Assembly: GCA_903828055.1 (NCBI GenBank)
Contig: CAIKKP010000060.1
Location: 1 to 64,000 of the forward strand
Source: an uncultured bacterium
GTDB lineage: Bacteria; Patescibacteriota; Andersenbacteria; UBA10190; CAIZMI01
DNA length: 64,000 nucleotides
Direction of reading: 5' to 3'
Shown here piece by piece: positions 1-8,789 of the stretch (within the stretch, counting starts at the first letter, position 1; the number at the start of each line of letters is the position of its first letter). Below the pieces are notes generated by a model that was not told the DNA's origin, did no database searches, and saw only the letters and a list, made by a program, of their open reading frames with translations. The position numbers and the translations under genes were made by a program.

Positions 1-144
1 ATACGGAATTTGTTCTCGAAGCAAATAAGGCGAAAAACGAGCTATTTTCAACCTTTCATTAATAACTTAATAATCACCGCTACGCACGCTGTTTCATACC
101 AATCTTCGGATTGGAAAAGACTGTCAGTGTGACATTACTACGCC

Positions 145-179
145 TTATTCCCAAATACTTGCCTAAATTCGTCAAATCC
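145..179. repeat. 35-nt perfect direct repeat, copy 1 (second copy at 1327..1361)
   Basis: TTATTCCCAAATACTTGCCTAAATTCGTCAAATCC occurs identically at both positions and brackets a 1.18-kb two-gene block. It contains a TTGCCT -35-like hexamer. Confidence 0.8.
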
Positions 180-341
180 ATGAACTGCGCCGCCCACGGT
201 GGCAGTGAAACAAAAGAAGACCACTTCGAAGTGATGCACAAACTCGACGCCAAAATCGCCCAATCGTTTCCGCACCTGAAAATAAAAAAGAGTCTAGTGG
301 ACATGCAAAATAAAGAAATCCACGAAGCGGAGTAAGTCCGC

Positions 342-375
342 ATTAGGGATAATCCTTATAAGGATTATCCCTAAT
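342..375. repeat. 34-nt perfect palindrome ATTAGGGATAATCCTTA/TAAGGATTATCCCTAAT
   Basis: Perfect inverted repeat read directly. It belongs to an ATTAGGG...CCCTAAT palindrome family also seen at 10299 and 30758. Confidence 0.8.
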
Positions 376-382
376 GAAATAT

Positions 383-416
383 AAAAAACCGCCCCCGACA
401 GTATGTCGCGGGGGCG
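383..416 (-). terminator. rho-independent terminator for the 443..868 gene
   Basis: GC hairpin CGCCCCCGAC/GTCGGGGGCG followed on the minus strand by a TTTTTT run, directly 3' of the minus-strand ORF. Confidence 0.7.
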
Positions 417-442
417 TAATCGTTGTCTTGGAGCTGGACTGG

Positions 443-868
443 TCAGCTCATCTGCTTGGCCAGATATTCCATGGCGCGGTCCCAGTCCTTTCCTTCCTCC
501 CAACCGAAGGGATCGGTTCGGGTTGAGGTGTAGTATCCATCGTAGATAAACCCGATAGCCTCACCGTGGTGACCGTTCGCAAAATCCTGGCGGTTAGTAC
601 AAATCACTACAGGCTTGCCTCTGGAAAGCGCGTGTATCACCACACACAATCCCATCGGCTTCTCGCCACGATTGTTGTGGTCCCACATCAAATCGGTGGC
701 GACACAGTCAACATCCTCGACCATGTCAATCCAGTCACAATTGTTGCAGTGACCAGGTCCACGGACGCTGACGTCACAGACGACGGATTCCCATCCTTTC
801 CGCTCTGCCGCCTCTCGTGCCTTCTGGAGTTCGTCTGACTTGTCGTCGATCAACAGAACCTTGACCAT
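443..868 (-). CDS. hypothetical protein, possible CheY-like receiver domain
   Basis: Start trimmed to the internal ATG (MVKVLLIDDK...) preceded by a GGGAG SD. VLLIDD near the N-terminus and a DLMWD acidic pocket motif resemble a receiver fold. No other similarity recognised. Confidence 0.35.
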   Translation of the reverse strand: MVKVLLIDDKSDELQKAREAAERKGWESVVCDVSVRGPGHCNNCDWIDMVEDVDCVATDLMWDHNNRGEKPMGLCVVIHALSRGKPVVICTNRQDFANGHHGEAIGFIYDGYYTSTRTDPFGWEEGKDWDRAMEYLAKQMS

Positions 869-888
869 CACTCGCTCCCTTATTGCCC

Positions 889-1176
889 TTAATCGGGCGT
901 AGTTAGGAGGATCCGCAGTCTCTGTGGAGCATTTTTCAATGTCCGCAAATACCGCGACGTGGCACCGACAATAAAAGGATCGAACGTCCTTTGAGCAATG
1001 GCGTACCATCTGGCAGCCAATGCTTTTTTGCGTTTTCCGGTGTGCTCAAGCACAACAGCATACGCATCCGTAGGACTCGATGCCTCCTCTGCCAGCTTGA
1101 GCAGTTCTGGAACCATCCAGACTGCCTTGGCGCGTGCCATCAGCTCAAGTAGCTTGTCTGCTTCTTCAGCAGTCAT
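889..1176 (-). CDS. hypothetical protein
   Basis: ORF trimmed to the ATG preceded by an AAGGAG SD (MTAEEADKLLEL...). It lies 20 nt upstream of 443..868, so an operon is likely. Confidence 0.4.
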   Translation of the reverse strand: MTAEEADKLLELMARAKAVWMVPELLKLAEEASSPTDAYAVVLEHTGKRKKALAARWYAIAQRTFDPFIVGATSRYLRTLKNAPQRLRILLTTPD

Positions 1177-1326
1177 GGCGTGCTCCTTCGCTTTTAAGGT
1201 GCATTCAGTCTCACACCGTGTGAGGCTTTCCTTAAAGACCGCAGTAACGGGCAATAAGCAAAATCCCAAATAACTGATAATTGTACTCTAAATAATGGAA
1301 AATGTCAATAGTCGCATCCTACATTT

Positions 1327-1361
1327 TTATTCCCAAATACTTGCCTAAATTCGTCAAATCC
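1327..1361. repeat. 35-nt perfect direct repeat, copy 2; overlaps the likely typA promoter
   Basis: Identical to 145..179. TTGCCT, a 17-nt spacer, then TATGCT, about 70 nt upstream of the typA ATG. Confidence 0.8.
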
Positions 1362-1430
1362 TATATGCTTCATCCGTTAAATATGCGGGCTCACGCCTGT
1401 AACTATTGCATTAATCTCCACACTTAAAAG

Positions 1431-3242
1431 ATGAACATCCGCAACGTCGCAATTATCGCCCACGTCGATCATGGTAAGACCACTTTAGTTGATGGTCTTT
1501 TAAAACAGGCTCACACTTTTCGTGAAAACGAAGCGGTAATGTCGCAGACGTTGATTATGGACAGCAACGACCAGGAACGCGAACGCGGGATTACAATTTT
1601 GGCCAAAAACACGGCGGTCATGTTCAATGATACGAAAATCAATATCGTTGACACTCCCGGTCACGCGGATTTTTCCGGTGAAGTAGAGCGCACCCTCAAT
1701 ATGGCCGATGGCGTTGTTTTAGTTATCGACGCCCAAGAAGGTCCTATGCCTCAAACGAAATTCGTCTTGAAAAAAGCTTTTGAACTAGGTCTCAAACCGA
1801 TTGTAGTCATCAACAAAATCGACAAGCGGGACGCTAGAATCGAAGAAGCCCTAGAAGAAACAAACGACTTATTTTTGGAACTGGCCACGCACGATCACCA
1901 CTTGGAATTTCCTGTTCTTTACGCTATTGGGCGCGAAGGAAAAGCTTGGAACGAAATGCCGGCCGATATGACTGCCCCGGCTGACCTGACACCGATTTTT
2001 GAAGCGATTATCAAACACATTCCACCACCTTTTATTGAACCTGAAAAACCATTTCAAATCTTAATTGCCGCTTTAGACTGGGACGATTATCGCGGAAAAT
2101 ATGCCGTCGGTAAAGTGCGCCGTGGTGTTGCGAAACCCGGCATGGCGGTTGCTATTATCGATAAAGACAACAAAATCGAAAACACTAAAATCGATAAGGT
2201 GTTTGTAAACCGCGGGTTAAGCCGAGAAGAAGTGCAAGAAGCCGTTGCCGGTGACATTGTGGCCTTAACCGGCCTTAAAAACGTCAAAATTGGCGATACA
2301 GTGGCTGATGCGGAACATCCGGACGTTCTCCCCACGATTGCGATTCAAGAACCTACCCTCAAAATGTCCATCGGCGCCAACACTTCCCCATTTGCCGGTC
2401 GCGAAGGCCAGTTTGTCACGTCACGCCAAATCCTAGACCGCATCAACAAAGAACTGGAAACAAACGTCTCAATGAAATTTGATCGCAGTGATGCGGGAGA
2501 ATATGTGTTATGTGGTCGCGGTGAATTACACTTGTCCGTGTTTATCGAAACACTCCGTCGCGAAGGTTTTGAATTAGAAGTTGGCAAACCGCACGTCATC
2601 ACCAAAATGGTTGATGGCGTTTTGATGGAACCGATTGAAGAATTAACCGTGGACGTTGAAACACAACATGTTGGTACTGTAACCAGTGAAATCGGTCGTC
2701 GTCGCGGTGTACTCCTTGGCAATACAGTAAATTCCGACAATACCACTCACCTGACTTTTGAAATTACCACCCGTGGATTAATCGGCTTGCGAAGCACTCT
2801 CATGACTGCTTCTCGTGGCACAGCCGTGATGAACTCACAATTTTTGCGCTTCGACAAAATGGGTGCGATTTTGCAACAACTCCGTAATGGTGTGCTAATT
2901 TCATCCGAAACAGGAAAGACTTTTTCGTACGGCCTAAATATCGCTCAAGGTCGCGGATCAGTTTTTGTTGGACCACAAGCCGAAGTTTATGAAGGAATGA
3001 TTATTGGTCTCAATTCCCGCGAAGAGGATATTGAAATTAACGTCACCAAAGAAAAACGTCTATCTAACATGCGCGCGTCCGGTTCTGATGACGCTCTGAT
3101 TCTTACCCCGCCGATTATTTTCAGTCTGGAACAATGCTTAGACTTCTTGGAAGAAGATGAATTGCTGGAAGTCACCCCAAAAAATCTCCGTCTCCGCAAA
3201 AAGATATTGAACGCCACATTGCGATCGAAAGCGAAGAGATAA
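1431..3242 (+). CDS. typA: GTP-binding protein TypA/BipA (translational GTPase)
   Basis: N-terminal AHVDHGKTTL G1 motif, DTPGHADF, NKIDK, and overall EF-G-like length and layout characteristic of BipA. Confidence 0.92.
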   Translation: MNIRNVAIIAHVDHGKTTLVDGLLKQAHTFRENEAVMSQTLIMDSNDQERERGITILAKNTAVMFNDTKINIVDTPGHADFSGEVERTLNMADGVVLVIDAQEGPMPQTKFVLKKAFELGLKPIVVINKIDKRDARIEEALEETNDLFLELATHDHHLEFPVLYAIGREGKAWNEMPADMTAPADLTPIFEAIIKHIPPPFIEPEKPFQILIAALDWDDYRGKYAVGKVRRGVAKPGMAVAIIDKDNKIENTKIDKVFVNRGLSREEVQEAVAGDIVALTGLKNVKIGDTVADAEHPDVLPTIAIQEPTLKMSIGANTSPFAGREGQFVTSRQILDRINKELETNVSMKFDRSDAGEYVLCGRGELHLSVFIETLRREGFELEVGKPHVITKMVDGVLMEPIEELTVDVETQHVGTVTSEIGRRRGVLLGNTVNSDNTTHLTFEITTRGLIGLRSTLMTASRGTAVMNSQFLRFDKMGAILQQLRNGVLISSETGKTFSYGLNIAQGRGSVFVGPQAEVYEGMIIGLNSREEDIEINVTKEKRLSNMRASGSDDALILTPPIIFSLEQCLDFLEEDELLEVTPKNLRLRKKILNATLRSKAKR

Positions 3243-3327
3243 GCGCGTTTTCTCCCCTTATTCAAGGGGAGATTAAGAGGGGTTTGGCCGAGAATTATCA
3301 AAGGTTTCAATACAATTCATCAAAATC

Positions 3328-3368
3328 CCTCCCCGCCTCCCTTTGGATAAAGGGAGGAATTCGCGCGC
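3328..3368. repeat. CCCTCCCCGCCTCCCTTTGGATAAAGGGAGG hairpin element (family copy 1)
   Basis: 9-bp stem CCTCCCTTT/AAAGGGAGG with a conserved 5' CCCTCCCCGC flank. Near-identical copy at 53958 and related copy at 35080. Confidence 0.7.
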
Positions 3369-3395
3369 ATCTTCTTTTGTTATATACTTAACCCA

Positions 3396-4067
3396 GTGAA
3401 AAAGAAACACAAAAACTCGCTTTGGAAATACAACTTAATCGGCATCGCTATTTTAGCGTCAATCGCCTCGATTAGTATTGCGCAACAAATCAGTACTCCC
3501 CGCTACAGAATCACCGTAACCGAAGAAAAAAAAGGTGGCTGGTTTAGTAGCATAGGAGATGCTTTTGGAAAATTACAAATGAGCACTATCGGATACCTTT
3601 CTCCAAAAATCGGCGAAAAATTCAATGTAACTGCCGTGGCATATTCACCGACAGTAGACCAGAACGATGCCTCGCCGTGTATTACAGCCTCCGGCAGTGT
3701 TGTTCACAAAGGTGTCGTCGCCACAAATTTTCTTCCAATCGGAACACGCTTAAAAATCGGTAACGATTTTTATACCGTGGAAGACAGGATGAACAAAAAA
3801 TACAACGGCGTAAAAATAATCGATATTTGGCATCCAACAACAAAAGAGGCTATCGCCTTTGGCGCGCAAAAATTGGAGATAGAAGTACTGCCTAAAGATT
3901 TTCCCGCCACTCCCGCGCCAAATCCAAAACCGGAAAAACAAGTTGGACTATGGGAAAAAACTAAGAGCAGTGTAGTGGGAATTGGTTCTTTTCTATCCGA
4001 ACACCTTCCAACAAGAACATATCAAAAAGAAGCTGACTGTTCGAAACTATTAGAAACAAGCCAATAA
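3396..4067 (+). CDS. secreted 3D-domain protein (MltA/YocH-like cell-wall binding domain)
   Basis: GTG start. N-terminal signal/TM segment. C-terminal region matches the 3D-domain pattern (ITASG...VATN..PIGT...G..Y...DR...G..IDI). Confidence 0.6.
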   Translation: MKKKHKNSLWKYNLIGIAILASIASISIAQQISTPRYRITVTEEKKGGWFSSIGDAFGKLQMSTIGYLSPKIGEKFNVTAVAYSPTVDQNDASPCITASGSVVHKGVVATNFLPIGTRLKIGNDFYTVEDRMNKKYNGVKIIDIWHPTTKEAIAFGAQKLEIEVLPKDFPATPAPNPKPEKQVGLWEKTKSSVVGIGSFLSEHLPTRTYQKEADCSKLLETSQ

Positions 4068-4120
4068 TTACCTTTCTCAAAGCTTGATTATTGATCAGCA
4101 ATTTATTACTCTTTCGCCAT

Positions 4121-4235
4121 GGCCTCATCGTCTAACGGCTAGGACGAAGCGTTCTCAACGCTTAAATCGGAGTTCGCCCACGCACCATAAAGGTGCGGGG
4201 CGCCCAGAACCCAACGTGGTTCTTGGGCGATTCTC
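4121..4235 (+). pseudogene. 5' fragment of tRNA-Glu (positions 1-~63) interrupted by a 53-nt double-hairpin insert in the T-loop
   Basis: Identical to intact tRNA-Glu through GGAGTTCG. A 53-nt insert (4177-4229) follows, then ATTCTC, then unrelated sequence. No 3' acceptor strand is present. Confidence 0.75.
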
Positions 4236-4286
4236 TTAGAGGGAATTAATAGACAATCAAAAGAAAACAGGTAAAACTGTAATCAC

Positions 4287-4358
4287 GGCCTCATCGTCTA
4301 ACGGCTAGGACGAAGCGTTCTCAACGCTTAAATCGGAGTTCGATTCTCCGTGAGGCTA
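4287..4358 (+). tRNA. tRNA-Glu (anticodon CTC)
   Basis: Cloverleaf folded by hand. Acceptor GGCCTCA/TGAGGCT (G1:U72), anticodon loop TTCTCAA, T-arm CGGAG-TTCGATT-CTCCG. No encoded CCA. Confidence 0.8.
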
Positions 4359-4625
4359 CTCATTGATTAAGTTTTGCGAAGCAAAACTAATCCAAATGTA
4401 CATAAAACAGCCATCACGACGCGTGAGGGCTGTTTTACACAAGAATCAATGAACTCAAAGCATTACGCCAAGAGGCGGAATGCGACGAGCTACCTTTGTC
4501 TATTTGCGAAACTATCCTATGTACACAAAATGACCAAACATCCCGTTTGGTCATTTTGCACAAGAATCGAAAAACTCCGAGACTCGAGCACCCGACGGTG
4601 CTGAGTCTCGGAGCTACCATGTGAT
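4359..4625 (+). repeat. tRNA 3'-trailer structured element, two tandem diverged units
   Basis: Unit 2 (4516-4620) carries TGTACACAAAATGACCAAAC-loop-GTTTGGTCATTTTGCACAAGAATCGAAAAACTCCGAG plus a terminal CTCCGAG...CTCGGAG hairpin. Unit 1 is a diverged version. Both end in GAGCTACC. Confidence 0.7.
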
Positions 4626-4647
4626 ATAATGTAAACATTCTTCACCC

Positions 4648-5286
4648 ATGACAGACAAATTAAAAGACACATACAATAAAATCGCCAAAGAGTGGCACGA
4701 AGATCACCAAAACGATACTTGGTGGAAGGAAGGCACTGACGCCTTCATTGCCCACCTGAAGCCGGGAGCAACAGTTTTGGATGTTGGATGTGCGGGAGGC
4801 ACAAAAAGTAGCTACCTTACAAATAAAGGTTTAAACGTAACCGGTATTGATATTTCAAATAAACTAATTGACATTGCCAAACAAGAAGTGCCAGGCGCAA
4901 ATTTTTTGGTTTTGGATGTACATCAGATAGATACTTTAAAGGAAAAATTTGATGCTATTTTTATGCAAGCTGTTCTACTACACTTTCCAAAAAGTGAAAT
5001 CCAAGACATTCTCTCAAAAGCGACCGGGTTACTGAACGACGGAGGATATCTTTATGTGGCTGTGAAAGAAAAAATTGATGGCGGAATAGAAGAGGAAGTA
5101 AAAGTAGATGATGATTATGGGTTCGAATACGAAAGATTCTTCAGCTACTTTACCCTAAACGACTTTAAACAATACTTTAAAAATGTTGGCCTTGAAATTG
5201 TTTTTAAAGACATACTTCCTCCCTCCAGAACTGCGCGCAAAAGTAATTGGATGCAAATTATAGGAAAGAAACTTCCGACTAGCTAA
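4648..5286 (+). CDS. class I SAM-dependent methyltransferase
   Basis: Motif I VLDVGCAGGTKS and a Rossmann-like layout. Substrate unknown. Confidence 0.7.
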   Translation: MTDKLKDTYNKIAKEWHEDHQNDTWWKEGTDAFIAHLKPGATVLDVGCAGGTKSSYLTNKGLNVTGIDISNKLIDIAKQEVPGANFLVLDVHQIDTLKEKFDAIFMQAVLLHFPKSEIQDILSKATGLLNDGGYLYVAVKEKIDGGIEEEVKVDDDYGFEYERFFSYFTLNDFKQYFKNVGLEIVFKDILPPSRTARKSNWMQIIGKKLPTS

Positions 5287-5365
5287 AAAAGATTGCTTCG
5301 GCGTTGAAACGCCTCGCAAAGACGACATATCGTTCCTACTCCCTACACGCTACACCCTTCTCCCT

Positions 5366-7267
5366 TTATCTCGTCGGCGGAATCATATAGTAATTTAAGA
5401 GCTTGCTTGCGAGATCACGAAACATCGGCGCTGCGGTACCGGAAGCGAAACTTAGTCCCTTAGGATTGTCGAGAATAATTAAGACGGCAAATTTTGGTTT
5501 TTCAGATGGCGCAAAACCGAAGAAAGAAATTATTTTTTTATCGGCAGAATAACGGCCTGTTTCCGGATCAACCACCTGCGCCGTACCCGTCTTTCCTCCC
5601 ACGTAATACCCTTTTACCTTCGCCAACCCCGCCACACCATTCTCTACCACCGATGTCATCATCGCCGTAACTTTTGTCGAAGTTTCAGGAGTAACCACTT
5701 GTCTTATCAATCTAACCTGTGTCTTTTCCGTGTTTCCATTTGAATTACGAATTTCTTTAATAATATGCGGTTCTAACAACTGACCACCATTTATCACTGC
5801 CATCGCCGAGACCAACATCTGCATTGGAGTAACAACAACACCTTGTCCAAAACTTATCGTATCCAAATTGACTTCCGACCAAGTATCGGGAAGAGGTAAT
5901 GCGCGCGCGGCCTCACCCGTTAACGGCAATCCGGTTTTGTCACCTATTCCAAAATGACGCAACCCTTCGAATAACTTTTCCGCCCCAATTTTTTGCGCAA
6001 CCCACACCATACCAACGTTATTGGACTGCTCAAGAATTTGTGTCATTGATATTACACCCAAATGTTTTCCATCAAACGTATTAATAATATATTTGCCAAC
6101 CTTTAATGGTCCGGAATCATTCATTGTGGTATTTGGATCAATCAACCCCAAATCCATTGCAATCGACATTACCAAAGGCTTAAAAATTGACCCCGGTTCA
6201 AAAACATCAAGAAGCGCGTTATTCCGCATAACACTTACATCACGAATATCACCAAAATAATTTGGATCAAAAGTCGGATAATTAGCAATTGCTTTTATCT
6301 CCCCCGTATAAGGATCAGCAACAATAATACTGGCCTTTTCCGCGCCAAACTTATCTCTTCCCTGCTTGGCTATCTGTTCGGCGTATGTTTGCACAATCCG
6401 ATCGATCGTTAAAACAATATCCGCACCATCTTCTGCCGGCTTTAAGTCCATACTACTAACTGAAATCAATCTTCCAATCACATCACGCTCCGCCTCCATA
6501 AAACCGGAATTACCCTGCAATATTTCATTCATTGCCCCCTCAATGCCATACTCGCCTTTAATATTTAATCCATCCTGTCTCACATAACCCAATACTTGTG
6601 CCGCTAATGTTTGCTCCGGATAATATCGATCATAAAATTTTTCAAACCGTATTTCAGGAAGATTCAAATTCTTAAGATCGTTAATAAGCTGATCGTCAAA
6701 TCTTTGATAAGAAGCTATCAACGGTTCGTATGGATCTTCTTTATTACTCAATTTATTTTTCAATCTATTTTGAATATCTTGTTTTTCCTGTTCTGCCTGT
6801 TTAAGCACTTCCTCTCCAACTTTTTTTTCAGTATTATTTTTTCTAACCTCAATCTCTTCCACTGTATACTGTCCGGAGTCGTCTAAAAGGCCTTGCCTGC
6901 GAACAACTTCTCGTTGATTATAACGCCATAATATTTCCGATAATACTCCTACCGTATAATCTAAATTTTTTATTGCGCGAGGTTCTACATACGCTGATTC
7001 CGCCTGTCTTGTTGTGGCAACCGAGAATGGTTCCGCATCGTCCTTTTCAGACAACAAAATACTCCCCCGTCGTGGCAACAGGTCGGACGATCTAGTCCGT
7101 TGATTTTCCGCCAAGGTTGTGTATTTCTTAGTTTGCAATATCTGCAAATATCCAAGCCTTAATAATAACGCAATAAAAACTACAAAAACAAAAATAAAAA
7201 GTAATCGAAAACGATCTCCCTTTTTTTTCAACACATTTTTATCGCGTTTTATGGGCGGTTCATGCAT
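5366..7267 (-). CDS. ftsI: penicillin-binding protein 2 / FtsI-type transpeptidase
   Basis: N-terminal TM segment, SIFKP (SxxK) and KTGTA motifs, and its position after ftsL in the dcw cluster. Confidence 0.88.
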   Translation of the reverse strand: MHEPPIKRDKNVLKKKGDRFRLLFIFVFVVFIALLLRLGYLQILQTKKYTTLAENQRTRSSDLLPRRGSILLSEKDDAEPFSVATTRQAESAYVEPRAIKNLDYTVGVLSEILWRYNQREVVRRQGLLDDSGQYTVEEIEVRKNNTEKKVGEEVLKQAEQEKQDIQNRLKNKLSNKEDPYEPLIASYQRFDDQLINDLKNLNLPEIRFEKFYDRYYPEQTLAAQVLGYVRQDGLNIKGEYGIEGAMNEILQGNSGFMEAERDVIGRLISVSSMDLKPAEDGADIVLTIDRIVQTYAEQIAKQGRDKFGAEKASIIVADPYTGEIKAIANYPTFDPNYFGDIRDVSVMRNNALLDVFEPGSIFKPLVMSIAMDLGLIDPNTTMNDSGPLKVGKYIINTFDGKHLGVISMTQILEQSNNVGMVWVAQKIGAEKLFEGLRHFGIGDKTGLPLTGEAARALPLPDTWSEVNLDTISFGQGVVVTPMQMLVSAMAVINGGQLLEPHIIKEIRNSNGNTEKTQVRLIRQVVTPETSTKVTAMMTSVVENGVAGLAKVKGYYVGGKTGTAQVVDPETGRYSADKKIISFFGFAPSEKPKFAVLIILDNPKGLSFASGTAAPMFRDLASKLLNYYMIPPTR

Positions 7268-7342
7268 TGTTTATCATTATTCATCCCTAATCATCAACTA
7301 ATCAATGATCGTAAGTAATCGTCCGACTAACGATTCATTTTT

Positions 7343-7804
7343 CTACGAATCACTACCCTGTTTCGAAAACGCAACAACATTATTATCTGCTATCGGACTA
7401 GTATACATAACCTTATCAGATGCAACCAATTGTAATTTTTTTGCCCCTTGTTCAATCGCTTGCAAAGATTGCAAATCGGCTACTTGCATTTCCAAATCCC
7501 GGCGTTCATCGTGCAATTTTACAATTTGTTTTTCCAAGGATGTTGTATCATAACCGCCAACAGCAGAACTTGTTACTTGAAAAATATACAGAAAACCAGC
7601 CGCAACAACAATAGACAATATGCCCAAACCGGAAAGAAAAATCCCCATGCTTGAACCACGCTGTGACGAGTATCGATCCTTTGATTCCTTAGGATGAGCA
7701 ACCAAGGCGGACACACGACGTGGCATCGCTTTGCCAATACTGATTTTATTGTGATTGTTTATTGAATAGATTGTCATTTGTTTATTTAGATTTATTTTTT
7801 TCAA
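7343..7804 (-). CDS. ftsL: cell division protein FtsL-like (single TM plus coiled coil)
   Basis: Small bitopic protein lying between rsmH and ftsI. Start uncertain (it overlaps the rsmH 3' end). Confidence 0.5.
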   Translation of the reverse strand: MKKINLNKQMTIYSINNHNKISIGKAMPRRVSALVAHPKESKDRYSSQRGSSMGIFLSGLGILSIVVAAGFLYIFQVTSSAVGGYDTTSLEKQIVKLHDERRDLEMQVADLQSLQAIEQGAKKLQLVASDKVMYTSPIADNNVVAFSKQGSDS

Positions 7805-8774
7805 TAATTCTTAGCTTTGCACTCCGACTCCAGGAATTTGATTTTACCTCTTGAAACGTCGGCTTTATCGGATGTTTGGTCAGAAGCGTAAAATTTTCAC
7901 TTTGTGCTGCCTGCCTAAACCGGTGTTTTACAATGCGATCTTCTCCTGAGTGAAAAGAAATGATTGCCAATTTTCCACCACTTGCCAAAATCTCTAACGA
8001 TTTCTTAATCGCGATTTGCAGTGTTTCGTACTCTCGATTCACCGCGATCCTAAGCGCCTGAAATGTTTTGGTTGCGATATGGATGCGACCATGTCGTTTA
8101 CTACCGGGGTAGGCGCGTAGAACAATTTGCGTTAACTGCGGTACGGAATCGATATCGCCATTACGACGCTCTTGCACAATTCCACCGGCAATTCGTTCTG
8201 CAAAGGTTTCCTCGCCATAAGTCAGCAACAAATCCGCCAATTCGTCCTCGTGCAAATTATTCAACAAATCCTTCGCGGTATAAGCTGAAATTTTTCGCGC
8301 GATCCTTTTAAGGTATATTTCTGTCGGTTCCGGCAATAAAATTGTCCCCGTGGGATCGAAACGCATATCCAACACTCCTTGATTCTTAAAAGAGAAACCT
8401 CGTTCGGCTTGGAGATGGTGTGTCGACATGCCTAGATCGAAAAGAATTCCCGTTACAGACTCCCAACCGGCTTGCTTCACAACCTCATCGATATTTGCAA
8501 AAGTGTTATGCGCAATTTGAACACGTTCTCCAAACAACAAAAGCTCTTGTTTGGCACGCGCATGCCCTTCTGTGTCCAAATCGATCCCGATCAATTTGGA
8601 TTGCTCATCACTGGCGGCAAGCAAAGCTTTTGCGTGTCCACCGTCACCCAGTGTGCCATCAACATAGCGAGCGCCTGGCTGAACCAATTGCGCCAAAATC
8701 TCTTGCAAGAATATTGGCTGATGCAGAATACGCTCTTCACGCCGTTGACTGTGCGTGCTTAAATCCAGTGCCAT
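7782..8774 (-). CDS. rsmH: 16S rRNA (cytosine1402-N4)-methyltransferase RsmH/MraW
   Basis: GTLGDGGHA SAM-binding motif and its position after mraZ. Confidence 0.9.
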   Translation of the reverse strand: MALDLSTHSQRREERILHQPIFLQEILAQLVQPGARYVDGTLGDGGHAKALLAASDEQSKLIGIDLDTEGHARAKQELLLFGERVQIAHNTFANIDEVVKQAGWESVTGILFDLGMSTHHLQAERGFSFKNQGVLDMRFDPTGTILLPEPTEIYLKRIARKISAYTAKDLLNNLHEDELADLLLTYGEETFAERIAGGIVQERRNGDIDSVPQLTQIVLRAYPGSKRHGRIHIATKTFQALRIAVNREYETLQIAIKKSLEILASGGKLAIISFHSGEDRIVKHRFRQAAQSENFTLLTKHPIKPTFQEVKSNSWSRSAKLRIIEKNKSK

Positions 8775-8789
8775 TTGTGTTGCTTATTT

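Noticed and set aside
80-343. Overlapping ORFs 80..343 (-) and 111..335 (+) at the window edge
   Set aside because: They are mutually antisense and have no SD. The + ORF starts inside the 35-nt direct repeat. No similarity was recognised, so they are left uncalled, though the + ORF could be a real small gene.
4121-4235. Interpretation of the interrupted tRNA-Glu and tRNA-Val copies as intron-containing functional tRNAs
   Set aside because: After the insert only 5-6 T-loop bases follow. No complementary 3' acceptor strand exists, so splicing could not yield a tRNA.
4374-4638. ORFs 4374..4604 and 4435..4638, and similarly 30830..31081, 33931..34125, 34594..35007, 34782..35057, all containing FLCKMTKRxVWSFCVH-like peptides
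   Set aside because: They are translations of the tRNA-trailer repeat in various frames and orientations. The shared peptide is an artefact of the conserved hairpin sequence.
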